DNA from: Lama guanicoe
Taxonomy: Eukaryota
Length of the DNA: 64,000 nt
Assembly: GCA_013239625.1 (NCBI GenBank)
Contig: MU053758.1
Location: 2,170,001 to 2,234,000 of the forward strand
Direction of reading: 5' to 3'
Part shown: piece after piece, positions 7,773 to 20,700 of the stretch
Numbering within the stretch: position 1 is the first letter of the stretch
Layout: each line of letters starts with the position of its first letter
Translations under genes and position numbers: made by a program
Notes under the pieces: generated by a model
What the model was told of the DNA's origin: nothing
What the model saw: the letters and a program-made list of their open reading frames with translations, nothing else
Database searches by the model: none

Positions 7773-10700
7773 TACATCATAAACCAAAAATTAGAACATA
7801 CAGGAAACAATAATAGTTACATAACAATTTACTTTATATATTTATATATAAAAAACATTTTTTTTTTAGTCCAAAGATTTTAAAGCAAAAGGAATCCTCT
7901 ACTGCCACCTTGGATTTTATTTATTTTAAATAACCCTCCCTCCCCCCTCCCCATCCTCAAGCGCCAAAAGTACTGGGTGGAAACACAGTCACTTGGACAG
8001 CTAATGGAAGCTGGTGTTAGGTCACCATGTAGAAAACTGTGTTGGCCCCAGGGACTGGCTAAGTGCTGGGGCAGGCCTGGTGGAGAAATAAGCAAGCAGC
8101 AGCTCCCACACACTGAAGCTCTCACTCCAGGGCAGGCCAAATGGCTGGAAAAGGCTTAGGCCAGACAGCAATGTTTGGGATCAGATCCAGCCAGTCAACC
8201 ATCCCTCTGCATTTTACCCCCTCAGGGGAGTAGGGACAGAGGCAGGGCAGTGCAAGGGCGAAACAGCCTGGTTTGAAGATAAAAATTTCTCCCACAGCAC
8301 CATTTACCCACCCGTCTCTGTCCCCAAGCAGAATCTGACAGGCAGGGGTAGTCCTCACAGTTCTCTGAGCTCTGCACAGGCCCCGTTTCTCAGGTCTGTG
8401 CTCTCAGGGTCACTGGAAGGTGGGCAAAGGTGAGGGGAGCAGTTAGGAAGTGACCAAAGCAGGGTACTTGGAAACAATTCCTGGGAGGAAAAAGGAGGCA
8501 GCCAGAATGGGAGGCATACGAAGGTTGATCATAAAAGGGGAATGGAGAAAGGCAAAATTAAGAAGGCCTTTCTCCCCCTGTAGTAACTGGGCAGTCACAG
8601 ATCCTCGGGGGCCAGCTCCGAGCGCTACAGCATGGTGAGAAAAAACACAAGCATCTTCTGATGAGCCCCATCCTGTGGATCTTGTATATGTCAGAGGTTA
8701 GTGTGTAATTTGGGGGCAGGGGTGAGGAGGGGAGTAAGAGAAGAAATCTCAGGCTCACCTCTTCTTGCACTTACTAGAAATTAACAGTCATCAGAGAAGC
8801 ACAGATAAGAAATTATTCTTAAGGGAAGGAAAAAACTAATGTAAACCCAGAAAAGTAGCAGCAAAGGTTTCACTTATTACAGGTCTATTATGTAGCACTG
8901 GGAAAGAAAATCATTCAAGTCTTTAGGGGGAAAAGGTAAAGTGATAAATCAAACCATGCCAGTTAGAGACTCCTTTTCAAGTTAGGATTTTTCTAAGACC
9001 TTAGGTTCTCATTCGCTAGTGCTATAAAAAAAAAAAAAGAAAGAAAAAACAAAACAGAATAATGACTTTAGGGGCTGAGAAGGGTTAGGCTAAGGTAAGA
9101 AACACATACATGTGTATGAGCAGCAGTGTGGTACAGATCTGAATTAATAAGAATCAGAAGTATAGGAGACAACGACAAGCCAAAACTTAGTGGGGCAAAG
9201 TTTTCTTCTACTTTGATTTTAAAAAGTCACTTCAAAGATTCCCCTGGGCTCTTGGGGTATGGCAAAACAGAACAGGTATGTGTCTGGGCACCGCTCTTCT
9301 CCCATCTCTTCTTCAGGTGGGAATTCTCACTTACTGCCTACCTGCTCTTGCCCCAGTGAAAACCACACCTAGAAGCCACTGGAAAGCACTGGCGGTATTT
9401 TCAGTGGTGCCAATCCCCATCTGGATGACACCGGTTGGGTGTGTGGTTAGGTGTGTGGAAAACAGAAGCCCTCCTTGCCAATAAGAAGGGCATGGAGTTC
9501 ATTAGATGGAGAGGAAAGTAAATCTATTCACATGTGAGGCAGCTGTTTCTACATATTCAGGACAGATGCCTGTACCTGAAGCAAAGCAGCCCAGTTCCAG
9601 AACTGAGTCTCTCCTTTACTTTGAATCTTATCTAGCATTTTCCCATCCTGATTCTTCCAAACAAGACACTTGAAAAACGTGGAAAATAAAAAGGGCCAAT
9701 TGATACAGTTTTGGTTGCTCATGGTTCTTTTTCCTAAAAGGGCAATGAACTACCCTGGCTGAAGAAGCGGAGTCTCAACACCTGCAAACCAACCTCTACC
9801 AAGAGCTTAAGCAAGAAACACGAGGCAGAGATGGAAGAAGTGCATTATGGAATTTCTCTTAATATCCCACATGTGAGCTTGTCCAACAATTTTTTTTTCC
9901 TGCCGAAAATTAAATGTAACCCCCTTGGGCTCCCAAGATTCACTCAGACTCAGCTGAGAGGTTCTTATGGACTTCCCTAAGGATCAAAGGCTTCAGAGAT
10001 GCAGAACTGATGTTCCTAAGAATAAAAATGGACAGAACAGACTTGCTTTGGAGTGGGGAGCTGCAGAAGCCCTTCATGGAGAAAACTCACTTGCCTCATG
10101 GTAGTTTCTGGAAGGTAGGAAGTTTGTCTCAAGTGGGAGGGCAAGGTTAGAGCAGCATGTTCTTTGCTGGAGAGCCAAGATGTTAAGTGAGGGCATCTGG
10201 ATATAGCAAATACAAGCCAAATTTTATTCCCAAATTACCTAGGTTAATTATACCCTATCGACATGGTCTTATAAGCTCTCTGTATCTTCCAATCTTATAA
10301 TTAAACTTTATGACAGAAATAAAGAGGAGGAGAGGCTGAGACTCTTAATTCCCATCCTCCTCCTACTGCTTTAGGATTCTTTGGTCCAAGACAACTGTAA
10401 GGGGAGGGTTCTGCCTCATGATCTATTCTATACATCTTCTCAAACAACTCTCAACTAATTCACACTGCCTGGGTTTGAGGTGGTTAAAGATCCTAGAGCT
10501 GGTGGGCTGACAGAGAAGGGAAACTTTTTATAAAATTTTCTGGAAACTCAAAGCATACCACCGAAAGAGCCTGTCAGCCAGGATGCACGACGGGGATAGA
10601 AACCTAACCTTAAATCATGCACACAGGAGGAAAATGGCAGAGCAGACCAATTTCCTTTAAAACCCCTCCTCTCTCACTGGTGGCAACTGTCATGAGTAGT

Positions 10701-11459
10701 CTGACTTTCAGCACAATCAACATTAAATGGCCCAGGGTCAACCACAATCTGCAAGTGTTCCTCCCCTCTAAACAGCAGTCACCCAAGGATATGCTGCCCG
10801 CAGGCAGGAAACCACCTCTTCTTCCCAGAAACAGACTCACACTTCCTAACAACTTCAAACCAAGACAAGCTCCATCTCACACTTTGTTTAGCTCCCCCGT
10901 GGCATTCGTGGGTTATCAAACCAGTAGCAACGCATTTAACAAGGCAATCAGAAGAGAAAAAAGAACTTGACTGCTATACCATTTATAGCTATATAGAACT
11001 GTTCAGTTTGGAAAGCCCAAAATAAAGCATCATAAAAGTATTTACCAGGTTTTCCTCTAAAATATGTGATAGAAGGAATAAGAAAAATTTGACTTACATG
11101 TCTGCTAAATCAACTTAATGGATATGGAAATTTGTAAAAAACCATTCAAGAACTACATTTACAACCACTAAAGAACAGAACAGCAAGAGAAAACATTTTT
11201 TTACATAAAGCACAATGTAATGTGCTTTCATATTCCAAATATTGGAAAAAAGGATGAAGCCAGATATTCTTACTCCTCATATTTAACAATTTGATTTCAA
11301 ATTCATTAAGCAAGTATCAGTGATCACCCAGTGAAAAATAGCCTGAGCCACATAACAGCTACTGAATTCAAGGCTGCCCAGGATAGTGTGCCTAGATCAG
11401 GACAAGGGTCCAAAGAGGAAGCCAGAATGGAGACACAAGAATAGTCAGGGGGGTTGTGG

Positions 11460-11552
11460 GGGGAGGGTGCAGCTCAGAGGTGGAGTGTGTGTGTAGCATG
11501 CATGAGGTACTGGTTTAATCCCCAGTACCGTCATTAAAAAAAAAGAATAAAA
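11460..11552 (+). mobile_element. tRNA-derived SINE (camelid Vic-1-like), inside the FBXL20 3' UTR
   Basis: ggggagggtgcagctcag (A box)...ggtttaatccccagtac (B box) plus A-tail. Confidence 0.75.
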
Positions 11553-14500
11553 TCAGCAGCATCACTGAGACATGGAAGCTTTAAACAGAGGGCAAGGATG
11601 GGTATAGAAAGGAAATGGGAGAAGTCAATGCAAAAAACAAAAACAAAAACAAAAACAAAACTGGAATCATCTTGATGGGGTCAGTGAAAAAGATACAAAG
11701 AGATACTGATGGGAGTTTGGGCATGTTCAGCACTAGTTGCCCCAGACTCCTTGTAAGGTGCCTTATAATAAATGCTGCGTGTTCCTTCACCACAAAAACC
11801 AACCCTGTCCCAAACAAACAAACATACTGATGATGCTGAAAAATGTAAGGGGAAAAGGCTGCTTAGAAAAGAGACGATCTGGATGTACAGTAACTTTGAG
11901 GAAACCTTTTCACTAACCCCAAACCTCTTCTCTCCATTCACTGTATTTTTTCATTACTGAAAGCATATTGTGATGTGGCTGTGCAGTCAAATGGACCAAT
12001 AAATTCTTCCTAAGGAAGAGTTTTTCCTACATCTTTGAAGACTTATTGGATTTTCAAGAGCATCCCTGACACTGAGAAGGAAACATTCTATGTTCAGCTG
12101 GCCCTTTGTACCTGACCAAAACTTACCATATTCTGGGTCCTCAAAGTCCTAGTACATTTCATCAGCTGATGTGGGTTTCAGATTAGCATAAAAAATATAT
12201 GTTCTTCCAAGCTTGATGGGCCTGAAGTTTTCTTGAGAAAGGAACAAAGCTCCTGCCTGACCACACACATGCTAGTGCTGTGCACTCCAGGGCCCTTATT
12301 CCCTCACTGGACTCTGTTCTTGCCCAGACAGGCAAAGAATGTCTGGACAAGTCCACATGGAGTGGGTACACTCCTTGAGAAGAGAAACAGCATTTCCAAG
12401 ACATTCATGTACTGGTGAATAGGGTCTTTTAAACTCTTTAAGTAAATAAGTACCTCAATAGTCTCAACTATTGGGAAATTCAAATCCACACTCACTAATA
12501 AATCAGGAATCTCTGATCAACTTGTTCAGGCACTATCTTAAAAAATACTTATGTTATATCTGTATATGTGGGGTACAGCCAGGAGAGTAGGTCTCACTTT
12601 AAAAAGTATATTCCTCACCTGGTAATTTGAGAAAAGGGTAAGAGAAGGGAAATGAGAAATACAAGCAGTTTGAACTTTTAAAAGGGCATAATAATAAAAT
12701 GAGATTTAAAATAAAATTAACATGCTAAATAATAGTGGGTAGTACAGATTTCTAGGACTTTTCAACTGATTGCTTGTGGAAAAATAAATCACACTTTATT
12801 CCTACATATGCTGGTAGAACCAGCACCTACAGCATTAAAGCAAGTATTTTATAACAGCCTGGATCATGTGAAAGATGACCTAAAATCATAGGGGACTGCA
12901 CATTTAATGCCCTAAACAACCACCCCCTCAGAAAAATCTCCCCCCCCAAACACCAAAAAGTCACCGTATTGAAAATTACACAAGGTTTCTAACCTTGGGT
13001 TTTAGAAACTACTTCTTATACTTCAGAAATTCATTTTATTTCCCTCATCCTCCATGATTTTTTTGGTGGGGCGGGGTACAGGTAGAGCTTCTTTGACTCT
13101 GAGTCATGGGCACTGAATACCCTGACCTCAGCTCTGGTAACCAGGCTGGGCAGAGACACTGAACCCTCTACTTCCTCTCAACGTTCACCTGCTGCTGCTC
13201 CAATGCCTTCACCTGGCTACTCTTGTATTTCATTCACAGGAAGTCTGAAGCACAAAAGAGATATGGTTGACAGTTTCTGAAAAGATTCTGGTTCTCTGAA
13301 GCTCCAACATTAGATATGATACTATCAACACTGATGAACAGTTGATCAGCTGCTACAGGATCATTCTTCCATCTCTGAGAGGCTGAAATGGGGGGAGGGA
13401 GGAAAGAAACTGCCTGGCTCGACTGCACAACTCCTCCAGCAGCATTCCTGCTAAAGCGCAACAAACCTCACAGACACCAACCTGAGATGCCACTGATCAC
13501 ACCTAGATTTCAGTGAACATACATGTCTGAGCCTGGGTGGCAGTGACTTTCAGGTTCTGGGATTCTTTACTAATAATGTTATTTCTCTCTTTAATTAAGT
13601 TAGAGTGAAGGGAAAAATGTGCAAATACTGGGCATATCATGCGTATTATCATATATCACAAGATATAACAAACCAAAAGGCAAAGTTTGTTTTCATCAAA
13701 ATAGTTTTAGCTCAATTTCTTCTCTTAACTTTTCTTGCTTTTGTTACAGTTTCCCTTCAGACTGGCAAAGATTCAGGCAGGGTCCCCTAATGGTAAAATT
13801 TAGAATTAAAAAAATATTTATTGATAATGTCTCTTTTAAAAATGTCTGGTAACCCCAACTAATCATCCAAAATGCTAACTGTACACACAGTAACAGCAAA
13901 AGAGTAACAACTGTGAGTAAGCAGACTACAAACAGGTGACAGTCTGAGCAAGAGTGCGGGAGGGAGCAACAGAGAATGAAAGACAGGTACACAGGTGTGC
14001 TACAGAGAGTGACAATTTGAGTGAATAAGTAATCACATCTGGACCACAGTGATTTCAATGCAATCATTTAGGAAACCTCTGGGCCAAATACTAAAACACA
14101 AGAGGAGGAATGAACAAGCCTTCTTTGTGAGCATGCTCAGCATGTTGGCATGGAAACAAGGAAGCACAGAAGCTCTGTAGTCATCTCACACTGGATGGCT
14201 ACCATTTACAGGATGCAAATAAATTTTCTTTCTGGTCCCTGGATATAACATGTATTGTTTTCTATGCTTTCCTTGACCTTGGAGGACTACAGCTGCTGTT
14301 CCAAAATTGCCGAAGAAACCCCTTAACAAAATAAACCACAGTAGCAGTAACACTGGGTTTGCTGGAATGCCCCCTTCCCTCTACCTTGCTTATGATTTTC
14401 TTCTGGGCACATCCAACAGGAATGGTTAAGTTTTACCAATCCACGTGACAAAGCCAGCACGAACTCAGTCCCCGGGTCACAGAGCTAGAGGGGGTGGGGG

Positions 14501-14662
14501 TGAGGGTGGGTATGCGTATGTACGTGTGGCTCTGGGGATCTGGATGCTGCCCTCACTTTATAACCTTTGCCCGGAACACTGGGGTCGCTTCCAATGGAGA
14601 TCCACGGTAACTCTAGAAGTGTCATTAAATACTCAGTTCACCAAGGCTGACCACCTCCATTG

Positions 14663-14770
14663 TCATAGGATGATGCAGCATCTGCAGAAGCGCTGTCTGC
14701 TGCCCCCTACTGATGGGGGTGGAGTGACAGGTGCGAAGTAGGCGTGGACTTTAATATTGGGTAAATGGGT
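14663..14770 (-). CDS. FBXL20: FBXL20 exon 15 coding part: [35 protein letters not shown] (CaaX)
   Basis: Acceptor ttgtttcag; TGA at 14665-14663. Confidence 0.96.
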   Translation of the reverse strand, partial: THLPNIKVHAYFAPVTPPPSVGGSRQRFCRCCIIL

Positions 14771-17700
14771 CTGAAACAAGACAAAAACATTACTAAGAGA
14801 TAGGGCTTAAACAGAATGAGCAACGTTGCTTTTCAGAAAAACCACTGAGGACTGAGTGGACATGAAGGCAGGGCAGACGCTAAGCACAGTCGGGATGTTG
14901 AGAGGCCTGGGTTCTACTTTGTACCATCCCAGGTTATTCTAAAAGACAAACTCAGTTCATGTAACTTTGGTACCTGCTTCCCTAATAATAAAAATTGGGG
15001 AAAAACTTCATGCTAATCTCTTAACCTGTCCCAAAGGGATTCCTAGTTGGATTCTCATAGTTGGAAGAAATTATATAAGCTTAAAATAGTAATTTTTTTC
15101 AAGCCACTGTGGCAATATTTCTTCTGACATTTTAAGAAACCTCATTAAATCCTCTTTTAACAACATGCTTCTAGATTTTACTACATAGTTCCTAAATTCC
15201 TACTATGTTCAAGACACTGTGCTAGTTATGCAAAAGGAGGTACAAGGATGGTCAAGATGGAGATCCTACTCTTAGGGAACTTACAGTCTAGACATGCACA
15301 CAAATAGCTAATAGAGTGGAAAAGTGCTAAGTGACTCTTGAGGATTCAGAGATGCAAGAGACTCCTGACAGCCAGGAAGGTCCAGGAACCCTAGTGTAAG
15401 CAGGCCACAGGCCATAGAACAGGCTCCAGTTGACCCATGGCTCTCCTTGTTTGGTGTAGAAGAAATATGGGTGCAAGGCCTCCCTCCCTTATGTTCTCAG
15501 TCCTCTCGGTCTGAAGTGAGAGGTAGAACTCAAGATGAAGTATGGTGTTCCTTCATGCACTCACATGCCATAAGGCCAACATGGATATTCTTAGAGGTTG
15601 GTTGTAAGGGCCAAACTAAGCACAGTAAATTTCCCACAGCAGGTGTGAAGCAGATGTTCCAAAAAATGTCTGTTGAGCTGAATAATCCGACACAGATTTA
15701 TCCAGCCTTTTATAATCTCCTTGCTGATAACCTGTCTTTCAGTTTTTTGGCTATAGGTGGGTCTCTTTATTATGAAGGATAGGGCAGAAAGAAAAGGTAA
15801 AAAACTACCTGATTCATTTGTTGCCTTAAAAAAAATAAGAACCCTAGCAAAAGAATCCGATATGAAAGGAAATACAAATTAAATTGTTAAATCTCATTTA
15901 ACTAAATATTTTCTTCATGTTATTCCTTTCTTTCCTTTAAAAACAAAATCTGGCATGTGCTTTTTTGATTCTAGGCATGTTATTAGAGAGACTGTTGGAA
16001 GGAGACCTACTTTTCTTCCCTTCAGTGTGTGTTTTCCTACTAAATTTCCATCTGGAAAAACAGGTAAAAACTATCTTCCCTTAGGCTTGCTCTCCATCTT
16101 TTTTTCTTTGCTGAATGTCCAGGTAAATTAAGTATCACAGAAAACTAAATTTAAAAAGAGGAAATGGAGGATAAAAGAAAAGAGAAAAGAAAAGAAAAGA
16201 AGGAAGGGGTGCTGAGAATTTAGAGCCAGAGGGTGATTCCACCGTCTTTACCCTGAGTCTCTTGATTCCAGCCCGTGTGATTTGCTGGCAGTCATAGAGT
16301 TCTATCCGCTCAAGGCTGTGACAGCTCTTCAAGTGCTCCAGGGATGCATCCGTGATTAGCGGGCAGTTGTCCAGTTCAATCACCTCCAGCTGGTCATGGG
16401 CGCAGGCCCCGTTCCCCAGGTGACGAATTCCATCGTCTGTGATCAGCTCACAGTGAGACAGACTCTGCAGCCAAATAGAGCAAGGAAGGACACTAAGCGC
16501 TAGATCCATGTGGTGAAATGAAGAAAGCAAACTAGAGTTGCTGGGGTTCTGCTTCTGACAATCAATGATAGACATTTCTGTGTGGGATTCTAAATATTTT
16601 TTGTGAATTCCTGTAATGATTATGAAATAGTTCATAAACAAAATACATTATCCCGCCCTACCCTCTCCATATACAAATTATTAACACTTTTCTTCTCTAC
16701 AGGGACAAGGGGGCTCAGGCTCTTCCTGTAAAAAATTTTCTGGAATTTGGACTATATACTGAATACCTGGTGCAGGGACACGCCCAAATAGTTAATTAAC
16801 TGAAAATTATTCTTTTAGCTTTAAGATGTGGTTGTTTCTTCACTTTACCAATTTTCCTTAAATCTCTGGTTCCTCCATGTGAAACTCAGTACCACTGACC
16901 CAAACATAGTTTAATGTGCCACCAAACACCAAAAATAAGCCTAGATACAGAACAGTCAACCAGAATGCTTTCCCACAGTGTTACTGGAAACAGTAGCAGA
17001 GAACTCCCCCTACTGAGGCCTGGATTGCTTCTGTTTTATAGGAATAGTTGGTCTCAATGTGAAGCAAACTGCATTTGGGGCCACCTTTTCTCTGGAAATT
17101 TAAGCATCGTTCAGGCTGGAGTGTAATTCATGTGGGAGGGAGAACTCATACTCTCCATGTCAGTTTTCAATCTCCAAGCACTGATACAGAAAATATTTAA
17201 CTTTTCCAGTTCCCATCTCAGTTTCTCCCTTCATGCAGGTCCTCCCTTGGCCCTCTGTAAGTTGGCAAATTGGAGAACATGCTTTCCCAAAACGGTAGCC
17301 AGATACTAAGAGGAAAGTAAGAGCTGTGTTTTGATTAAATCCAATAAACATAAAACTTTCAAAGTCAAACTCACCAATACTTGAAGTCGAGGACAGTGTA
17401 TAGAAAGTTGGATTAATGTGCTATCTGTTATCTGAAAGAAACATGTAAGTTTATTTTAGGGCTAATTCCAAAAAATTCATGGACCATACCTCATTCTTGA
17501 CTACACTTGTATTCTAGATTGATACCCTGATACCAATCATCAAATAGCAGAATCTTGCTTGCAATCCCATCAGCTACCTGAACCTATTCTTTGAGAGCCT
17601 ATCCAGGCTAGTCATCATCTTTGAGCAGGACTGTTGAAAATCCTGTTTGTTTTTGAAATAAATGAAAAGGTGCCCTCTATAACTTCTACCCACTGGACAT

Positions 17701-20700
17701 TGTTCAACCTCCTTAGAATCATCACAGAAATGAATCAGAAGACATTGCTCCATGAAAAAAATTAATGTAGAAACATCCTCGCATTTTTACATATTTGGCC
17801 CACATATATTTTTAAAATTTATTTATTTTTATTTAAATTTTGTTGGGGGGGGAAGGTAATTATCTAGCTTATTTTTTAATGGAGATACTGGGGATTGAAC
17901 CTGTGCATGCCAGGCATGCACTCTTGCCATTGAGCTATACCGTCCCCGCACTGGCGCATATTTTTATAAGCCATGCCACAACTCAGGATTGATAACCTGG
18001 ATGTCAGTTATTTTTCCCAAGGGTGGCAGAAAGAGGCTGCTGGGTTAACTATGAATATTCAGTAAGAAAGAACTCCTGAAGGAAGAATAGTCTTTTATAT
18101 TTATCTTAGGACGGAAAGTAAATCAGTGTTTCCCCCCAACCCCAAATTCATCTCTAACTCTGAGATGATTATTGTAATACACCTAGCTTCATAGGGGCTA
18201 AGAAATGACAGGGGGTGGGGACTGGAGTGGGCAGGCATGTGCACATCACTCAGAAGGACCAACACTAGAAAGGACACAGGACACCAGACATGTGCAAGAG
18301 ACAGATGTATGTGAACAGTTTTAGTTTAGTAAGAGCTAACAGGGGCTATAAGTAGTGTCCAGATAACAAGTAATTTGGAAAAATCGACCTCTATAGATAC
18401 TGAAGTATCTTCTCTTCTTTATTTTTACCATAACAAAAAATCCATTGTTCTATCTTCTTTTTAGGAGTCCCCATTTAAAGTTACTCCTCAATCAACTAAT
18501 AATCTCAAAGTTCTTCAAATTGGTAATAAAAGAAGTTGCTGATAAGGAGGCCAGTCTTCCTGCCTGAAGGGCAGGATTCCGTTGGGGCTCCAGGGCTAAT
18601 GATGTATGGGGTCTCAGGTCCAGTTAAGTTAAAAAGGAGCACTGATACCTATCAGTGTGCTAGGGCTTTAATTATTTACTAGCATTATAACCCTGTAGGT
18701 CTAAATAAATATCTTAACATCTTTATGGCCTGAATGCTTGGGCCTTCTTTCTTTCCAATGGCAACCTTATTGATGGCATGTATTTCCCAGATTCTTAGCA
18801 CAAGTACCACGGGCACCTCGGCTTGGTATGCCTGGAGGACACCTCAATAAATAGACAGTCAGCAGTGCTGCCAGGCTCTACACTACAGCAGGGCAAGGGA
18901 ATTGAACATTGTGATGTGCATGTATTATATAAATTTCTATCATACTGTATTTCTAAGTAAAAATCCACAATCTTACCTGAACACACTCTTCCAGGTCCAT
19001 CTTTTCAAGCTCATGGCAGTTCTATGAAATATAGACCCAAACATTATAGTACAAACATTTAAAACATGGGAAAAATTTAAGGCCAGAAAACTAAGTAGTA
19101 TTAGATATACTGGTGAATTCCAGAGAGCTTCACAGTTGGTGTCATTCTAGTATCACTTCCTGTCTTACTCCATTAATTACACATTTTAAAGGGCCTCTAT
19201 CACAGTGAAATTTCTCAATTATTCCACATTTAAAGTATCTAACATCTTACAAAGGATGTACGATGAATGAAAATGATTTCTTGGGAAGCAAAGGGAGAAT
19301 ACGCCCTCATCTATGCCATGTGCTGTGCCCCCCACACCCTCCCAATCGGTATTCCATCAATCTCCCTAAAAGCAAATGCCTTTTCCTATGTTCCATTACA
19401 CTAGTCAAAGATAGTATAATTTTAAATACATAATATATTATTATACAGTGATTTATAAACCACTCTAAATATTAAAATCTTTTGGAGAATATAGAAAATC
19501 TCTTAATACCTCTTCATTTAAAATCAGGCTTATATATTTCTTTCAACATTATTCTCATCCACCAGTTGCATACCAAGTAACCAAATAAGTTTCTTTCACA
19601 AAGCACTAGGAAATTCCTGCTTAGTTTAACATATCATCTTATGAAAATGTGGAAAATCAAGTCTCACGAAGGAGTGTCATGTTGTTCAATTCATGCCTTT
19701 CCAGAGCAGCTGTCTGTAGCTACAAGACAAGAACTCTCAGGAACACCAGCCACAGAAGAGTTCCCCAACATCCCACACACTCACTTCTACTGCCCTTCCA
19801 CATTTCCCTCACTCCTCATTCTTCTGAAATAAAAATCCTGAACAAAAAAACCCTTATAAAACCTGAAGAAAATACTTACCCTGGCCAGAGTGGTAAAGCC
19901 TACATCTGTTAGTTGAGAACACCTTGCCACTTCTAATATTCTGTTAAAAAAAACAAAGTGAAAGTCAACCCCTTGGTCCCTGAAAACTGGGTTTATTAAG
20001 ACAGCAAGAATTTAAGAAAACCTCCTATTCCCTAAGGACTGCATAACAGAGTGACATTCACAGCTAAGCAAGTCTGTATACAGATCTTGCCATTCATTTT
20101 CATGGAGTCATCATAAAGTGGTCCTGTAAATACCACATTTCAGGGTGATGCAATCAGAAGAATATAATAGAAGCTTGTAGTTAATGCCAAAATGCATGAG
20201 AAATGCATTTAAAAGCCTTCTTGATGGCATACTGCTTACCCCCAGAGGGCAGCCTGCTCCTAGAAAACAAAGGAAATGGAGATAAATACTCTGTTTCAGT
20301 TAATCTGTTGCTAAAGTAAATTATTCCCTTTTCCTATTTTACATGTACGATCATTCAGATTTAAACAGCTATTAAAAATGTTATGAGGGGACTGGTTAAT
20401 TACGGGTCTGTCCCAAATACGATATTCCATGCTTATGGAAAATACACCCTTAAGCTTCCTGCCTCCCCCGAAAGGCGCCCAAGGCAGGCCCAGTGGAGAG
20501 GGGAGCTGAGCTGGTAGCCACTCTCCTATTCAGGAACGGCTGAACACCAAGCTAAGTACCAACCACTACACTGGGGAATCAAAAGTAGTAGCTCTTTGCT
20601 ATGAAAAGTCCGGCGGTGTCTGCATGACAGTACCAAAGAATATTATGTTTGCTTACAAATTACTTCCTATAGAAGTTGAAAAAAAAATAAAGCTAAAATA

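Larger units (their letters stand above)
7750..14662 (-). other. FBXL20: FBXL20 long 3' UTR (~6.9 kb, 3' end inferred)
   Basis: Repeat-poor region downstream of the stop, U-rich on the minus strand, ending at a well-formed poly(A) context; FBXL20 is known to have a multi-kb UTR. Confidence 0.6.

Noticed and set aside
14630..14665. Stop-codon readthrough at FBXL20 (TGA CAA TGG) that would mask the CaaX
   Set aside because: Only a +4 C; it lacks the UGA-CUAG or CARYYA motif, and there is no other support.
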